A stretch of DNA of 64,000 bases from Fimbriosthenelais zetlandica. Its lineage: Eukaryota. Location of the stretch: contig OZ365112.1 in the NCBI GenBank assembly GCA_977030845.1, forward strand, positions 17,422,001 to 17,486,000. The letters run 5' to 3'. Below the pieces are notes generated by a model that was given only the letters and a program-made list of their open reading frames with translations, was not told the DNA's origin and ran no database searches. The position numbers were made by a program, and so were the translations under genes. Positions 60,887 through 64,000 of this stretch are shown here, piece by piece. The stretch's first letter is position 1; each line of letters begins with the position of its first letter.

Positions 60887-63800
60887 TTCATTATAATCAT
60901 TATGATATGATGGTGCACTGACTCTACTGAATGACCAATAACTATACGAATGCAATGCAAATCCATGCTGTGCAATCCATTGGTCAGAGCACTCCTGTCC
61001 CAGGAGGCAGGTCAAGGAGTACGATTAGGGTAGAGTGAAGATACCCATCATTGTTGTAAGGCAATACATGATTACTCTCTGGTATCACATTCAAGAGCAT
61101 GGTTTTGGTGTCACAGGGTGAAGCCCCAATCCAATGAAGGGACCTCTCCATGAATACCAATGACAATCTGGCCTGAAGTCAGTTAATAGATTGCTGCCAG
61201 CATCATGAGCGTTTTGGGTTGGATTACCCTTATTTTCAGAAAACGAATCACTCCACTAACGTATTGATATACTATAGAAACATGTGGCTGGTTCATCGCC
61301 AGAAATACTTTGAGTATTGGTCTATATTCACAAAACAAGACTTTTGTTTATAGCGTGACGTCTTCGGGTCATTCCATGTCAGGACAATTAAATTTTAGAC
61401 CGAACAGTTTAGACCTTGATACCATATTTTACTTACTTTTACTTACTTTTAACTGTTTAATTAATTTAAACACTTCGATTTTGATGAAATATAGTGTGTG
61501 TGAATTACTGTGAAAGTTAAAGGACTGAGAGAGGATGACCTCTGTAGGTAGAGTAGTTTAAGCTTGACGCCTGGTGAGTTATCACTGTGAACTGCCCTCA
61601 TTACTGCTCACAAACAGAATTCTTGAGAAGCTCTTAGCTTTAATTGTCAGTGACTCATGTTAGCCCTACCTCAACAGCATGCCATTATTCTCGGATTACT
61701 TCTCTGACAACCTTCTAATGTACCTTATATAAGCTATTACAGGTGTGGACTATTAGCCATATATCATCTTCAAACGGATAAATTGGGTTTTTCATATAAA
61801 TTCATTTCAAAATCTATATCTTTACCCTGTATGGGATTTAATTGAGTTCTGCAAGTCCGAGTTAACATCATTAAAAAGCTGAATAGATTGTCATGACGAG
61901 TTGGCAGAGTTTCATCAAGGCATGATGAGAAGAATGTTTTTTATGCTGGGAGTGGAAGGATTGTTCAGGAGAGAAATGGTATGGACATCTCTCAACGGCC
62001 TGGATATTTAATTGGAGTATAAGGGAGCTGAGCCTGTCAAAATCAAGATTCAATAGTAATTATGTAAATCAGTTTTGCATGTTACTTATATGCTATATAC
62101 AGTCTGAGAGCATGTGGCTGCTTTCTCGCATAGATTAGCTCGATATATTATTTCGCTGGATGAATATGCATCTTATATTCTATACAAGCGGAGATGAAAC
62201 TGCCATATGCCAGGGATAGAAGGTTGGGTCCATTACCTTTGAAGTAGGCTCATGTTGAGCAGTGGACATAATCAAAATACAGAAGGATTCTCATACACGT
62301 ACTAAGCCCGAGCTTGTTTCTCAGAATATCAACTGCATTCTCTATCACACTATCCCTCAGTCCCGAAAGGTCGACATGAAAATTTATGCAGGACCACATT
62401 TTCATGTTGTATTCAAACTTTTTGTCCATCTGAAATGGCTGATTGAAATCTGAAATTCAATGTGGTTTGTCTTAAAACAGAACGAAAATGTCATTAATTT
62501 CTGTAATGAAAGGAAACATGTCGCCACCAAAAGGGTTTGGATGCATCCTTCTGTCTTAAATGACCCGTTGGAAATTTAAGACATAAAAGCAAACAATCCA
62601 TTGATACAAATTGGGCTTTTGGAGCGGGGGTGGTTGGTGGACGGGTAGATGGGAGGTCGTGTCGCAGCATGGTTTGGTAGAATTTGGGGGAAAATGGAGG
62701 TAGGAAGATAGATGAATTGCACTCTAGGGAATGGGAAGAGGCAGAACTCTGGCTTCTGCAGCATACAATACTTGGATAGAGAGTTCGTGATTCACTAGGT
62801 ATATATATGTTGGGAGGCAGTCCTCAGGGATGGAGAAGAACGGTGGGGCTTGGCGATGACGAGTCTATAAGTGGTTAGTACAGATATAAGTATGACATCC
62901 ATCCATATAACAGCAAGAGGAATAACTACCCAATGTATCCCACAACTGAATAATGCCTCTACAAAGTTATGATATTGTCAAAGCGACAACCATACTCCAA
63001 CAACTGATCAGGAATTTGTTCCAATTCGATCCTTGTTGAGAATCAATCCCCTAGTGGCACTATTGAATTGTAAGTGGAAAAGAGCACCTGTCGCCTCTTT
63101 ATCTCCCTTTAAGAGCCTGTTAAAGATGGGTGCATGGCTCGTTTGGTGGTTGCAAGCATGAGAGATTGAAGGACAAAAAAATGATTCACTCTGTATGGAA
63201 GTGAAACAAATACATTTTCTTTCCCTTTCTATATTTTGGTCATCTTGGTATGTATTTCAATTGTACTGTGCCATAAATCATATTTGTCTCTTCCCCTTTG
63301 GTGTCCAATTTTCTGGAACAAGGACCCAGGCTCTCATAATACTCATCCCCAGGTCCACTTATACCATCACCATAGTTTTATTGCCCCTCGTGCTTTGTCC
63401 TCCGGCACCTTTTCCCTCCATAGTCACGCCTCTTGCCCTCGTTATCTCTAACGGGCTCCACGAAATACCATTATAGGTCCGCCCATAAACCGACATTGAG
63501 ATTTCGCTGTATTCACCATGAACGTGAAAAATTCGTATCCCAGTGAAATACAGTGATAAATGAGAGAAACTCACTCAGCCACAGATGATTATTTAACATT
63601 TCATCTTGCCTTGAATGGTGAATGGGTCTTTACGAATGCAAGTATATACATCTAAGAATACAAGGAAAACAAGACCGCTCTTGAAATAAAGGAGAATAAA
63701 CCGTGCCACGATGGGCGAATTAATCCAGCCTTAGAGTAAAATCATTTTGCTCTAAGATCCAGCAGAGTCAAGCCAAAAATGATATTCTGTTTGGACAATC

Positions 63801-64000
63801 GAACTAAACGATATATATAGTAGATATAGTGGACACAATTGTCTACTTCCATGCATATATCTATGATAAGATCAGACAAATATCAGATGGATTTTAATTG
63901 AACGAACATTACAATTCTCACGCAGAGGAGTAAAAAAATACCCAGATTACAAAGGCAACCTTATATCTGCACCTTATAAGACTGCCTGCCTCATTTATTT

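Overview
Animal (eukaryotic) genomic DNA, AT-rich, with spliceosomal GT-AG introns. No prokaryotic features, CRISPR arrays, rRNA or tRNA genes were seen. Three genes can be assembled by hand. (1) A + strand ADAR2/ADARB1-type A-to-I RNA editase: CDS exons 11274-11304, 19646-20464, 32927-33604, 33836-34374; 688 aa; two dsRBMs plus an intact deaminase. (2) A + strand 4-exon, about 8-TM uncharacterised membrane protein (42147-44145, 310 aa). (3) A - strand DEG/ENaC channel of the FMRFamide-gated (FaNaC) type (48243-45918, 565 aa, one coding intron), which from recalled similarity points to an annelid or other lophotrochozoan. The most striking unexplained element is an orphan terminal exon (39343-40688) about 5 kb past the ADAR2 stop. 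It encodes two more ADAR-type dsRBMs, an RGG box and a Tyr/Gly-rich tail, has no usable start codon, and its phase-1 acceptor is in frame with every ADAR2 donor. The ADAR2 locus may therefore also make deaminase-less or deaminase-truncated dsRNA-binding proteins. ADAR2 intron 2 also holds an in-frame cassette-exon candidate and a stop-containing exon candidate folded into a 28-bp hairpin, a possible self-regulation device. Regions 1-11 kb and 48.3-64 kb contain no gene I can recognise. All assignments come from reading the sequence and recalled protein motifs; no database search, folding program or expression data were used.
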